Shown: piece by piece, positions 29,409 to 38,941 of the stretch
Position numbering within the stretch: the first letter of the stretch is position 1
Layout: every line of letters begins with the position of its first letter
Assembly: GCA_045863235.1 (NCBI GenBank)
Contig: BTUM01000022.1
Location: 35,148 to 99,147, forward strand
Source: Candidatus Xenobia bacterium
Lineage (GTDB): Bacteria; Vulcanimicrobiota; Xenobia; Xenobiales; QWHO01
Reading direction: 5' to 3'
Length of the DNA stretch: 64,000 nt
Made by a program: the position numbers and the translations under genes
The notes under the pieces: generated by a model
What the model was told of the DNA's origin: nothing
Databases searched by the model: none
What the model saw: the letters and a program-made list of their open reading frames with translations, nothing else

Positions 29409-29484
29409 ATTCTTGACCGCTCCTGTCGTGGTTGAATTCGGCCGCCTCGGCTGCGCTCCTCGTTCACGGAGATAGCCTCCGGAA

Positions 29485-30195
29485 CTACGATCCCTGCAAT
29501 GCCCCCCGGCGCACGAACGAGCGCAGCCCCCACAGGAAGATCTCGGCCCCGTCGCGCCAGGAGGGATTGGAGCGAGGATGCGCCGGCACCACCGGGTAGT
29601 TGTTGGCCACCTTCCAGCCCAGCCGCGGGAGGCCCACGCACATCTGCTGCTCGCAGGTATAGCCCGGCCCCGTCAACAGGTGGGCCACCTCGGCCGCCCG
29701 CCCGGCGCGCATCACCCGCAGGCCGCACAGGGAGTCCTTGTAGGCCACGCCGGTCAGCCAGCGGGCCTGCCAGGAGAGCAGCCGGTTGCCCCAAACCTTG
29801 TGCATCGGGTAGCGCGAGAAATCGCGGAAGGCGATCAGCATGTCCAGTTTCTGGCTGGCCAGGCTCTCGCACAGAGGGGGGATCTCCTCCAGCGGGTGCT
29901 GGCCGTCCCCGTCGCACAGCACCAGGGGAGCATCGGGATCGACTTCTCCGGCCAGTACCAGGGCGTGCACCGCCCAGAGGCCCTGGGCCAGGGCCCGCGA
30001 CTTGCCCCGGTTGACCGGCTGCAAGATCAGGTGGCACTTTGGCTGGTGGGCCGCCCACTCGACGAGCAGGCGCGGGGTCTCGTCGCTGGAGCCGTCGTCC
30101 ACGACCACCAGGCGCGAAGCGACCGAGGCCACTTTCTCGAGCACTCCGGGCAGGTGCTGCTGCTCGTTGTGCACCGGGATCAACAGGATGGCCAT
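29485..30195 (-). CDS. GT2-family glycosyltransferase (DPM1-like polyprenol-phosphate sugar synthase)
   Basis: IPVHNE, VVDDGSSDET, NRGK, DGDGQH and DSLCG. Confidence 0.85.
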   Translation of the reverse strand: MAILLIPVHNEQQHLPGVLEKVASVASRLVVVDDGSSDETPRLLVEWAAHQPKCHLILQPVNRGKSRALAQGLWAVHALVLAGEVDPDAPLVLCDGDGQHPLEEIPPLCESLASQKLDMLIAFRDFSRYPMHKVWGNRLLSWQARWLTGVAYKDSLCGLRVMRAGRAAEVAHLLTGPGYTCEQQMCVGLPRLGWKVANNYPVVPAHPRSNPSWRDGAEIFLWGLRSFVRRGALQGS

Positions 30196-30199
30196 GGCG

Positions 30200-32188
30200 T
30201 CAGTGAGTCATCCGCTGGCTGCAGGGAGCGGGGTCGATAAGGATCCCGTTAAAAGGAACGAGCGTCGAGTTCGTGTTGAAGCCGCTCAGCCTGACCCCCG
30301 ACACGGTGGAGCCGATGGTGAAGAAGTTCGTCCCGTTGGCGGCGTAGTCGAAGATGAACTCCGAACTGAGTGGCACCTCGAAGAGCGAGATAAGACCTCC
30401 GTTCTGGAAGCTCAGGATCACCATGAACTCGAGCGGGATGCGGAAGACCGTGGTGGGGATCACCAGGCCGGACGGGCCGGAAATGAAGCCGGTGGGGAAG
30501 CTCGTGTTGGTCAGGGCCAGCGGAGCGCCCGCCTGGTTGAGCAGACCGCCCTGCAGCACGTTGAAGGCAAAGAACTGGCCGTTTTGCTGGGCGGCAAAGA
30601 CGTTGTTGTCCGAGCACGCCACCTGGGACAGATTGGTGAAGTTGATGGGGGCCGCGTTGCAACGGAAGATGACGTCGTCGGTATCATCCGTGGCCACGAA
30701 GGTGGGCGTGATGTTGCTCAGGTCATACAGAGGCTTGTCGAGGTTGTCGACGGGTACCTGGCAGATGCTGTTGAACGTGTTGTCCTTGAAGTGGACGAAG
30801 GTCTCGTCGCCGACCTTGAGGCCCGAGAGGCGATTGCCGAACGAGTTGGTGGTGTTCAAGCTGATGATCGACTCGACGGTCATGGCCTGGGTCTGGCTGT
30901 TGAACAGGATGCTGATGAACCGCCTGTTCAGGTTGTCCCAGCAGTAGACGTGATGGCCGCCGGGGTGCACGAAGATGCTGTTGATCGAGGACAGGTTTGC
31001 GTTGGAGAGAAGGCTTCCGGTCTGATACAGTCCCGTGGTGGGGTCGAGCAGACAGTGCTGAATGCCCGTCTGGTTCAGGGCCACGAAGATGTCGCGATTG
31101 TTTCGGCTCAAGTCGTGGGTGCGGGGCAGCCCGGGCAGGGTCAGGTTGCCGAGATGGGCCAGGTTGTTGTTGTTGAACGCGAAACTGGCCAGACTCTGGC
31201 TCTGTTGCTGGGCCACGGTGAGGAGAGTGGGGCCCACGAACAGCTGGCAGTTGCCGTTCACGCCGTTGGTGCTGGCCGTGACGGTCCCTGACCCCGGGGT
31301 GGTCAGGGTCGTCAGAAAACCGGTGGTGTTGATGTTGCCCAGCGCGTTGTCGCTCAGCGACCAGGTCACCAGGTTGTTCCCGCGCGTCTTGGTGCCATCG
31401 AGATGGGTCAGGATGGCATCGAATTGACGACCCGTATTGAACGGGGCGTAGACCGAGTTGGGAAACACCTCGATGCTGACCACGTTCCCGGAAGGCGTCG
31501 CGGTGACGGTCAGGTCAGCACTGGCGGTCAGACTGTCGAGGGTCGCGATGACCTGCGTCTGGCCGGGGGCCAGGCCGGTCGCGGTGCCGGCCGCGTCCAC
31601 CGAGGCGATGCCCGGGTCGACGACCTGGAAAAGCGACTGGTCGACGGCATTGAAGCTCGAGCCGTCGGGCAAAAAGGCGGTCACGATGAAGACCTGGCTC
31701 TGGCCTACCTGAACCGAAGCCGAGGTCGGGGAGATCTCGATGCGGGTCGGCTCGATCACCGAGACGAACGGGGGGTCGATGATGGTGACGGTTCCTCCGG
31801 CGGGAACGACCACCTCCACCGAGCCCGTGCCGACCAGGACTCCGTTCGAAAAATAGCGGAACTCGAAGCGGACCACCCGGGTGGAGACGTTCTCGAGCAG
31901 CTTCTCCGGCACTTTGGGGAAGCTGAAGCCCCTGGCAGAGACCTCCTCCCGGGCGGCTTCACCGGTCTCGACCGGGAACGCCTGGACGCCGTTGGCGTCG
32001 AAGCCGGTGACCTCGATCGTGTCCACGAAGCTGGGCACTCTGGGGTCAAGCTCGAAGCGCAACAGGACGTTGCCGAACTGCTCACCGACCGGACCCAGGG
32101 GGGATCCGATCAAGGGACCGCTCCCGTCCGAGCAGGCGGCTGAAAACAGCCCCAGCAGCAAGATCAGGACGAGTTTGAGGTGGCGCAT
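30200..32188 (-). CDS. surface lipoprotein with two Ig-like (Big_2) domains and an Asn-rich beta-propeller-like region
   Basis: Lipobox-like FSAAC; IEISPTSASVQVGQ...IASVDAAGTATGLAPGQTQVIAT and VTWSLSD Big_2 patterns. Confidence 0.8.
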   Translation of the reverse strand: MRHLKLVLILLLGLFSAACSDGSGPLIGSPLGPVGEQFGNVLLRFELDPRVPSFVDTIEVTGFDANGVQAFPVETGEAAREEVSARGFSFPKVPEKLLENVSTRVVRFEFRYFSNGVLVGTGSVEVVVPAGGTVTIIDPPFVSVIEPTRIEISPTSASVQVGQSQVFIVTAFLPDGSSFNAVDQSLFQVVDPGIASVDAAGTATGLAPGQTQVIATLDSLTASADLTVTATPSGNVVSIEVFPNSVYAPFNTGRQFDAILTHLDGTKTRGNNLVTWSLSDNALGNINTTGFLTTLTTPGSGTVTASTNGVNGNCQLFVGPTLLTVAQQQSQSLASFAFNNNNLAHLGNLTLPGLPRTHDLSRNNRDIFVALNQTGIQHCLLDPTTGLYQTGSLLSNANLSSINSIFVHPGGHHVYCWDNLNRRFISILFNSQTQAMTVESIISLNTTNSFGNRLSGLKVGDETFVHFKDNTFNSICQVPVDNLDKPLYDLSNITPTFVATDDTDDVIFRCNAAPINFTNLSQVACSDNNVFAAQQNGQFFAFNVLQGGLLNQAGAPLALTNTSFPTGFISGPSGLVIPTTVFRIPLEFMVILSFQNGGLISLFEVPLSSEFIFDYAANGTNFFTIGSTVSGVRLSGFNTNSTLVPFNGILIDPAPCSQRMTH

Positions 32189-32289
32189 CGGGTATCCCCC
32201 TGGTAGAAATGGCATGCCTGCAGTTCGCAATTTGTACTATCGGTTCCTGTCCGGGGGAAACCTGCACCCGGAGCGAGTAACCAGTGCCG

Positions 32290-34512
32290 ATGTCCCGACT
32301 CTCATGGCTGGTTCTGGCGCTGCTGACGGTCACCTGGGTGGCGGCACGAACTGTCTCGTGTTGGCCGCTGGTCTTCCCCGAGCCGGGCCAGGTGCGCTTG
32401 CTCGAGATGGACAGCTACTTTCACGCTCGTCATGCCCGCTCGCTGGTCAAGAATTTTCCCCTCATCCAGCGCTGGGACCCGTCCAGTCATTATCCCCACG
32501 GCCAGCGGGGCGAGAATCAGGGCGGTTACGACCTGCTCCTGGCCAGCCTGGCTCTGGTGGCAGGGATGGGACGTCCCGACCAGGCCACGCTGCTCACGAC
32601 GTGTGCCTGGACACCGGTCGCACTGGGAGCTCTGGCTTTCGTGCTGGTGGGCCTGCTGGGTCGCCGCCTGGCGGGTCCCCGGGCGGGGCTGCTGGCGCCA
32701 TGGCTGCTTCTTGTCTATCCGGCCACGCTGGCCACCTACGCCGTGCTGGGGTTTGCCGACCACCACGCCTTCGAGGTCTGCCTGGCTCTGGCCACCTGCC
32801 TGGCGCTGGTGCTGACGCTCGAGAAGCACAGCCCCCTCTGGCTCGCTCTCCCGGTCGTCGTCCTGCTCTACAGCTGGGCCGGGTCCGCCCTCTACCTGCT
32901 GGTTCTGGCGCTCTGTCTTTCGGCCGCCGCCCTGGCGGGGGCCGAGAGGGTGGCTCGCCTCAGCCTGAGCACGGCCGGATGGGTGGTGCTGCTGTGGCTC
33001 CTGCCCACCCTGATCTGGCCCGATTTGAGCCTGGGAGATCGCTACCAGGGGGCGGCCCTGGCCGCCCTGCTCGGCTTCGGGCTCGGGGTGCCGGCCCTGG
33101 CCCAGGGATGGACCTGGCGTGCCCGGCCGGCAGGCAAGCTGCTGCTGGCAGGACTGGGGCTCGTCTGTCTGGCCCTGCTGGCCTGGCCGCCCGTCCCGGG
33201 ACTGCTGCACGCCCTGCTCGACCCGCGGCCTTCGACGATCCTGGAGCATCGCGAGGTGACCGTCTCTCTCTACACCGGCTATTTCGGCCTGGCTGGCTGG
33301 CTGGCCCCGCTGGGCCTGCTGGCCGCCTGGCGCCGTCGTCAGCCTGCTCAGCTGGCAGCCGCCCTCTACGCGTCCCTGCTGGTGGCTCTCTGGGTGCAGA
33401 CGCGGGACTTCTCCTACCTGCCGCCTCCCTTCGTGGCCCTGCTGGCCACTCTGGCCCTGGCGATGCTACCAGCCCGGGCTCTGGCGACGGCAGCGGTGGT
33501 GCTGACCCTGCCAGCCGTGCTCGGATGGACGACCCCGGCCTGGCCCCCGACCGACCTGCTGCGCCAGGCTCTGCTGGTCACTCCCGGCTGGACCCAGGCC
33601 GCCGAGTGGCTGAGCCAGAACAGTCCACCGCCCAGCCTCGACCTGGACAGCCCGTTGCGCCCGTTTCGAGGGAACCTGCACTACCCTCCGGGCACCTACG
33701 GGGTCTACACCCCCTGGGACCGCGGTCACCTGGTCTCGTTCCTGGCCCGCAGGCCGGTGGTGCTCAGCTCCACCGAGTCCCGCGAGGGGGCCCTCTGGCT
33801 GGCCATGGATCAGGAGGAGCAAGCCCTGCAAGCCCTCAAGGCCGACTGTGAGCCAGGGGAGCGGGTCGAATACGTCATGCTCGCCAGCGAGGTGATTTCG
33901 GACGGCTTTCTCACCCACATGCAGGTGGCCGGCATCCGCCCCGAGCAGATCCTCGAGCCGGCTGAAGAGGTGACCGTGGCCAACCAGAAGTTCCCGCTCC
34001 CCGTTTACGGCGAGCTCTACCGTCGCTCCATCTCGGCCCGGCTGTTCGAAGACGTTGGATTGAGGCATTTTCGCCTGATCTACGAGACTCCGACCAAAAG
34101 CTTCGTGACCTACGTGGCTCGCTACAACCAGGCACTCAACAAGATGGACGTCCGTCGGCGAAGCCTCCCCCTGCGGGAAGTCGAGGGTCTGGCCCGGCTC
34201 GACGGGGCTCCGGGCGTGTTTCCGGTGGGCGAAGGCTACCTCTATGGGGGGCGCGTTCTCTCCGAGGTCAAGGTCTTCCAGATCGTGGCGGGCGCTCGGG
34301 TGACGGGCCAGGAAGCCTCCCTGGTGTTGGGCTGCAAGTCCAGCGGCCGGACCTGGACTTACCGCCAGACCGGTCCCGACCTGGTGCTGCCTTATCCGAC
34401 CACCAGCGCGGTCGGTGAGGTGAGCGCTCAGGGACCGTATCTGATCGACGGACGAACGCTGCACGTGACCGAGGATCAGGTGCAGCGCGGTCTGGAAGTG
34501 CGCCTTCCGTGA
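32290..34512 (+). CDS. STT3/AglB-family oligosaccharyltransferase, archaeal-type C-terminus
   Basis: EMDSYFHAR, HYPHG, ADHH, STILE, many TM helices, YGVYTPWDRGH (WWDYG position), LRHFRLIYE, VKVFQIVAGA and LPYPT. Confidence 0.85.
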   Translation: MSRLSWLVLALLTVTWVAARTVSCWPLVFPEPGQVRLLEMDSYFHARHARSLVKNFPLIQRWDPSSHYPHGQRGENQGGYDLLLASLALVAGMGRPDQATLLTTCAWTPVALGALAFVLVGLLGRRLAGPRAGLLAPWLLLVYPATLATYAVLGFADHHAFEVCLALATCLALVLTLEKHSPLWLALPVVVLLYSWAGSALYLLVLALCLSAAALAGAERVARLSLSTAGWVVLLWLLPTLIWPDLSLGDRYQGAALAALLGFGLGVPALAQGWTWRARPAGKLLLAGLGLVCLALLAWPPVPGLLHALLDPRPSTILEHREVTVSLYTGYFGLAGWLAPLGLLAAWRRRQPAQLAAALYASLLVALWVQTRDFSYLPPPFVALLATLALAMLPARALATAAVVLTLPAVLGWTTPAWPPTDLLRQALLVTPGWTQAAEWLSQNSPPPSLDLDSPLRPFRGNLHYPPGTYGVYTPWDRGHLVSFLARRPVVLSSTESREGALWLAMDQEEQALQALKADCEPGERVEYVMLASEVISDGFLTHMQVAGIRPEQILEPAEEVTVANQKFPLPVYGELYRRSISARLFEDVGLRHFRLIYETPTKSFVTYVARYNQALNKMDVRRRSLPLREVEGLARLDGAPGVFPVGEGYLYGGRVLSEVKVFQIVAGARVTGQEASLVLGCKSSGRTWTYRQTGPDLVLPYPTTSAVGEVSAQGPYLIDGRTLHVTEDQVQRGLEVRLP

Positions 34513-34597
34513 AGATCCCGCCGGGAGCCGGGCCGGCTGCTCGATGCGCCCTTCTCGCGGAGCGCCGGCCCATGAGAGCCCCGGTGGACGCCGCCCG

Positions 34598-36220
34598 ATG
34601 AAACCAGCTCTCACCAACGCCCTCGCCTGGCTCGCTCGCCCGGTGGACGCCGCCAGCCTGGGACTGTTCCGCATCCTGTTCGGTCTGTGCATGCTCTACA
34701 GCTACCTCGACTACATCCGCAACGGCGGCCTGCACGGAGAGATGATCGCCCCGCGCTTCCACTTTCGCTACCCCGGCCTGGAATGGGTGAGCGATCCTTC
34801 CCCCGGCCTGGTGGTCGGCGCCATCGTGGGTTTCAGCCTGTTGCTGGCCCTGGGCTTGCTGACCCGCCTGGCCTCGCTCGGCTTTCTGGTCAGCTATGTC
34901 TGGTGGTTCTTATCCGACGCGGCCTACTACAACAACCACTACTACCTGATCTGTCTGCTGGGCGGCCTGTTCCTGGTCACCAATCCCGAGCGCTGGGGCT
35001 CCGTGGACAGTCGGATCTGGCCCCGGCCGGCGGCTATCCCGGCCTGGCAACTGTACATCTTTCGTTTCCAGCTGATCGTGGTCTACTTCTACGGCGGCCT
35101 GGCCAAGCTCAACGCCGACTGGCTGCGCGGCATTCCGGTGAAGTACTGGCTGGCCGAGCGGGCCGCCTCGCGAGGGCTCGACTTCCTGGCCTGGCCGGCC
35201 ACGACCACGCTGGTCACCACGGCCGGCATCCTGATCGACCTGACGGCGCCCTTCCTGCTGCTGTGGCGCCGGACGCGCTGGCTGGGACTGGCTCTCATGG
35301 TCGGCTTCCACCTGGCCAACTCCTACCTCTTCAGCATCGGCATCTTCCCCTGGCTGATGCTGGCTGCCCTGGTCTTGTTCCTCGAGCCGGACGCCCCCCG
35401 CCGCTGGTTGCGCAGGCCCCCCCTGAGGTTGCCCGAGCCACGCCCCCTGCCAGCGCTCGTCGTGGCCTGCCTGCTCGTCTACGCCGTGGTCCAGCTGCTC
35501 CTGCCTCTGCGCCACCTGGTCCGGGGCCAGGACGTGGCCTGGGACGAGGACGGCCACCTCTGGTCCTGGCGCATGAAGCTGCGCGACAAGAACGGTGCGG
35601 TCGGTTTCGTTCTGCTCGATCGGGGCCAGCTGAGCGTGCCGCATGTGCACGCGGACCTGACCGCCTACCAGGTGCGCCGCATCCAGGGGCGTCCCGACCT
35701 GATTCGCCAGTATGCCCGGCATCTGGCTGAAAAGACCGGTTGCCAGGTGCTGATCTGGACCTGGACATCCCTCAACCGCCGACCCTGCCAGACCCTGCTC
35801 GACCAGGAGGGGCGCCTGTTCCCCTTCCTGGACCTTCAGTTCCCGCCCCCCGGCCCGGCCAACCTGGTGCTGGCCATCGACCAGCGTCAGGAGCGGGGGG
35901 TGGAAGGCTTCTACCACGTCGACCTGCTCGACGCGCAGAATCACCCGGTGGGCTCGCGCCGCGTCCAGCGCGACTCCAGCGCCACCAGGCAGTTCATCGA
36001 GCTCTCGGGCCTGCCGGCCGGCCGCTTCCGCCTGCTGGTGCTGGCCCTCTCCCCCGGGGGGCTGGTGCTGACCCACTCGGTGGCCGACTGCGAGCTCCAA
36101 AGCGGTGACAATCGCTTCAAGATCTCGCAGGCCCGCTTCATCCCTGGCCCCCCGCTGGGCCTGATCAGCGGCGCAGGATCGTCCTCGAGCGGGCCGAATC
36201 GCCCGCAAGCCGCGCCGTGA
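34598..36220 (+). CDS. HTTM-domain / vitamin K-dependent gamma-carboxylase-like membrane protein
   Basis: ASLGLFRILFG, YNNHYYL, YFYGGLAKLNADWL, FHLANSYLFSIGIFPW and WSWRMKLRDK. Confidence 0.9.
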   Translation: MKPALTNALAWLARPVDAASLGLFRILFGLCMLYSYLDYIRNGGLHGEMIAPRFHFRYPGLEWVSDPSPGLVVGAIVGFSLLLALGLLTRLASLGFLVSYVWWFLSDAAYYNNHYYLICLLGGLFLVTNPERWGSVDSRIWPRPAAIPAWQLYIFRFQLIVVYFYGGLAKLNADWLRGIPVKYWLAERAASRGLDFLAWPATTTLVTTAGILIDLTAPFLLLWRRTRWLGLALMVGFHLANSYLFSIGIFPWLMLAALVLFLEPDAPRRWLRRPPLRLPEPRPLPALVVACLLVYAVVQLLLPLRHLVRGQDVAWDEDGHLWSWRMKLRDKNGAVGFVLLDRGQLSVPHVHADLTAYQVRRIQGRPDLIRQYARHLAEKTGCQVLIWTWTSLNRRPCQTLLDQEGRLFPFLDLQFPPPGPANLVLAIDQRQERGVEGFYHVDLLDAQNHPVGSRRVQRDSSATRQFIELSGLPAGRFRLLVLALSPGGLVLTHSVADCELQSGDNRFKISQARFIPGPPLGLISGAGSSSSGPNRPQAAP

Positions 36221-37620
36221 CCTTCATCTCTTTCTCCTTCGTCATCCTCTTCTCGGTCGCGCTCCTGGCCCGGCTCACCATCGGACGCAGGAAGACCGAG
36301 CCCACCTACCTGGGCCTGATCCTGTTCCTGAGCGTCATCTTCTACAGCTGGGAGGTGCCGGCTTACCTGCTGGTGCTGCTGGCCAGCGTGCTGATGGACT
36401 ATGTCTCGGGCCTGCTCATCGCCGCCCAGGCGGTCTACGAGCGTCGCCGCCTCTACCTGATCATCTCCCTGACCCTCAACCTCGGTCTTCTCTTCTTGTT
36501 CAAATACCTCGACTTTGCCCTGGCCAGCCTGGGCTGGCTGCTGGGAGTCCCCGAGCAGGACGTGCCCCGGTTCAACCTGATCCTGCCCCTGGGCATCTCG
36601 TTTTACACCTTCCACTCCATGAGCTACGTCATCGACGTGTACCGCGGCTACATCACCCGCATCAAGCGCTTCGACGACTACCTGATGTTCGTGATCTTCT
36701 TCCCCCAGCTGGTGGCCGGCCCCATCGCCACGGCCCGCGACTTCGTCTACCAGATCCACCGCGTGCGCCGACTGCACTGGGTCACCTTCTGGCACGGCGT
36801 CTACCTGATGATCTCGGGCTTCTTCCTCAAGATGGTGGTGGCCGACAACCTGGCTCCGGCCGTGGACGTGCACTGGCCCGTGGCGGCCGGCCCCAACGGG
36901 GACGCGGCCATGGCTTTCTGCTCGGCGGCCCTGTTCGGGGGCCAGATCTTCGCCGACTTTGCCGGCTACACCAACATCGCCCGGGGGGCTGCCTACCTGC
37001 TGGGCTTTCGCCTGATCATCAACTTTCGCGAGCCCTACATCTCCCAGAGCCTGCAAGAATTCTGGACCCGCTGGCACATCTCGCTCTCGCGCTGGCTGCG
37101 CAATTACCTCTACATCCCTCTGGGCGGCAATCGGCACGGCAGCTGGCAGACCTACCGCAACCTGATGCTCACCATGCTCCTGGGCGGCCTGTGGCACGGC
37201 GCCGCCTGGACCTTCGTGGTGTGGGGTCTTCTGCACGGGGTGGGCCTGGCGGTGGAGCGGGCCCTGGGCCTGAACCGTCCCGGCCGTTCTCGCCTGGTCC
37301 GCCTGGGTTACTACCTGGTGGTGCAGGCCTACATCCTGGTGACCTGGGTCTTCTTCCGCGCCACCAGCGTGGGCGAGGCCCTGCAACTGCTGGGCAACCT
37401 GGCCGTCTTCAAGACCCCCTGGGCCGGCTGGGGAGAGCTGATCATCGCCATGTCCTTCCTGCTGCCCATCGTGCTCATGCACCTGCGGGCGGCCCTCATC
37501 CAGGCCGGCCTGAGCCACCCCGCCGGCAAGTACGAGAAAGCCTTCCTGTGCGGTATCATGCTGTACGCCATCCTGACCTTGAGAGGCCAATCGGATGCCT
37601 TCCTCTACTTCCAGTTCTAA
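36217..37620 (+). CDS. MBOAT O-acyltransferase (AlgI/PatA/DltB family)
   Basis: LPLGISFYTF, FFPQLVAGPI, EFWTRWHISLSRWLRNYLYIPLGGNR and GLWHGA; GTGA overlap with the HTTM gene. Confidence 0.95.
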   Translation: MTFISFSFVILFSVALLARLTIGRRKTEPTYLGLILFLSVIFYSWEVPAYLLVLLASVLMDYVSGLLIAAQAVYERRRLYLIISLTLNLGLLFLFKYLDFALASLGWLLGVPEQDVPRFNLILPLGISFYTFHSMSYVIDVYRGYITRIKRFDDYLMFVIFFPQLVAGPIATARDFVYQIHRVRRLHWVTFWHGVYLMISGFFLKMVVADNLAPAVDVHWPVAAGPNGDAAMAFCSAALFGGQIFADFAGYTNIARGAAYLLGFRLIINFREPYISQSLQEFWTRWHISLSRWLRNYLYIPLGGNRHGSWQTYRNLMLTMLLGGLWHGAAWTFVVWGLLHGVGLAVERALGLNRPGRSRLVRLGYYLVVQAYILVTWVFFRATSVGEALQLLGNLAVFKTPWAGWGELIIAMSFLLPIVLMHLRAALIQAGLSHPAGKYEKAFLCGIMLYAILTLRGQSDAFLYFQF

Positions 37621-38551
37621 GCTCACCTGGAAGACCAACCTGCTCATCGTGCTGATGGGCCTGGTCGGCTTTGGCCTGGCCGCGGGAGTCGGCCAGGCCT
37701 GCTACGAGACGCTGCCGGGCCTGAAGGGCTGGCTCTTCACCCGGGCCGACGAGCTGCCTCGCCAGAGCCACACCGGCCACGCGATCAGCGACTTCCTGGT
37801 TTACCTGCACGGCCTGGAGGGGGTCGTGGAGCCCATGCGCCAGGCCCAGGTGATCTTCGTGGGTAGCAGCCGGGCAGGATTCTCCTTCCGAGACGACTTC
37901 GTGGCCCGCTTCGAGCAGGCCACCGGGCTCAAGACTTACGCCCTGGGCTTCCCTCGCTCGGGCATGGCCCTGGCCGAGAAGCTGATCGAGCGCTACGATC
38001 TGCGCCCCCGGGTGCTGGTGGTGGCGGTGGACAACGTCTTTTTCACCGACTTCGTCAGCCAGGAGATCCTTCAGGCCGAGGGCCTGTCGCAGTGGGAGGC
38101 CTGGCGCCAGCTGCGTGAGGACCGCCTCTCGTGGTGGAGCCGCCACCACCTGCACCGCTACATCCCCGAGTTCGAGATTTTCGGCCACCAGACCATCTCG
38201 GTCATCTACCGCAACTACCGAAATGGCGGCTGGATCGTGGTGCAGCACCCGGAGGAGCGCCTGCCGGTGGTCGAGCCCACCGCCCCCATGCCGGCCCCTC
38301 AGCGGATCAAAGCCCGGGAGTTCGTGGCCCGCATGCGTGAGCGCGGGGTGACGGTCGTCTTCACCGCCGTGGCCGGAGGAGACTACGCCCTGGAGGACCT
38401 GCGCGAGCTCGCCCGCGAGCTCGACGTCCCCTTGCTCGCCCCCCGCCTGGAGGGCCTGACCACCGGCGATCCGGTCCACCTCGACGGCCCCAGCGCCCGG
38501 CGCTTCTCGGACGCCTTCCTGGAGGAGTTTCGCCGCTGGTGGAAGGGTTGA
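37595..38551 (+). CDS. membrane-anchored SGNH/AlgJ/DltD-like protein
   Basis: N-terminal TM, FVGSSR block and C-terminal DPVHL (DxxH); overlaps the MBOAT end. Confidence 0.6.
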   Translation: MPSSTSSSKLTWKTNLLIVLMGLVGFGLAAGVGQACYETLPGLKGWLFTRADELPRQSHTGHAISDFLVYLHGLEGVVEPMRQAQVIFVGSSRAGFSFRDDFVARFEQATGLKTYALGFPRSGMALAEKLIERYDLRPRVLVVAVDNVFFTDFVSQEILQAEGLSQWEAWRQLREDRLSWWSRHHLHRYIPEFEIFGHQTISVIYRNYRNGGWIVVQHPEERLPVVEPTAPMPAPQRIKAREFVARMRERGVTVVFTAVAGGDYALEDLRELARELDVPLLAPRLEGLTTGDPVHLDGPSARRFSDAFLEEFRRWWKG

Positions 38552-38554
38552 GCC

Positions 38555-38941
38555 GTGGAACTGGTTGGATGCACCGCCCAGGGTGATTGGTATCGAGTCT
38601 ACTACGCGGACTTGAGCGCCGACTCGGACCCGCTCGCCCGAGCCTGCGGGACGGCGATGCTCGAGTTGCTTTCAGCTCTGGCAAGAGCTCCCTGGCCCGG
38701 CCGGGTCTACCTGCTTACCTCGATGAGCACCCTCTGCCTCCTCAGCCAGGACAGCTACGAGCCGGAGGGCTGGCATGTGCGCATCGAGCCGCCCTGGGAG
38801 GGAGTCTTCATCATCGAGTTCGACCCGCCCGGGTCGAAGACTCCGGTCGCTGTGACCGCAGTCACGCCCGATGAGGCGGTGGAGAAGGTGCTTGCGGGTA
38901 TGCGCGCCTCGGGTGGGTGGGCAGGGCATCCAGGCAGCTGA
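38555..38941 (+). CDS. hypothetical protein
   Basis: 128-aa ORF starting 3 nt after the upstream stop; globular-looking composition. Confidence 0.5.
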   Translation: MELVGCTAQGDWYRVYYADLSADSDPLARACGTAMLELLSALARAPWPGRVYLLTSMSTLCLLSQDSYEPEGWHVRIEPPWEGVFIIEFDPPGSKTPVAVTAVTPDEAVEKVLAGMRASGGWAGHPGS

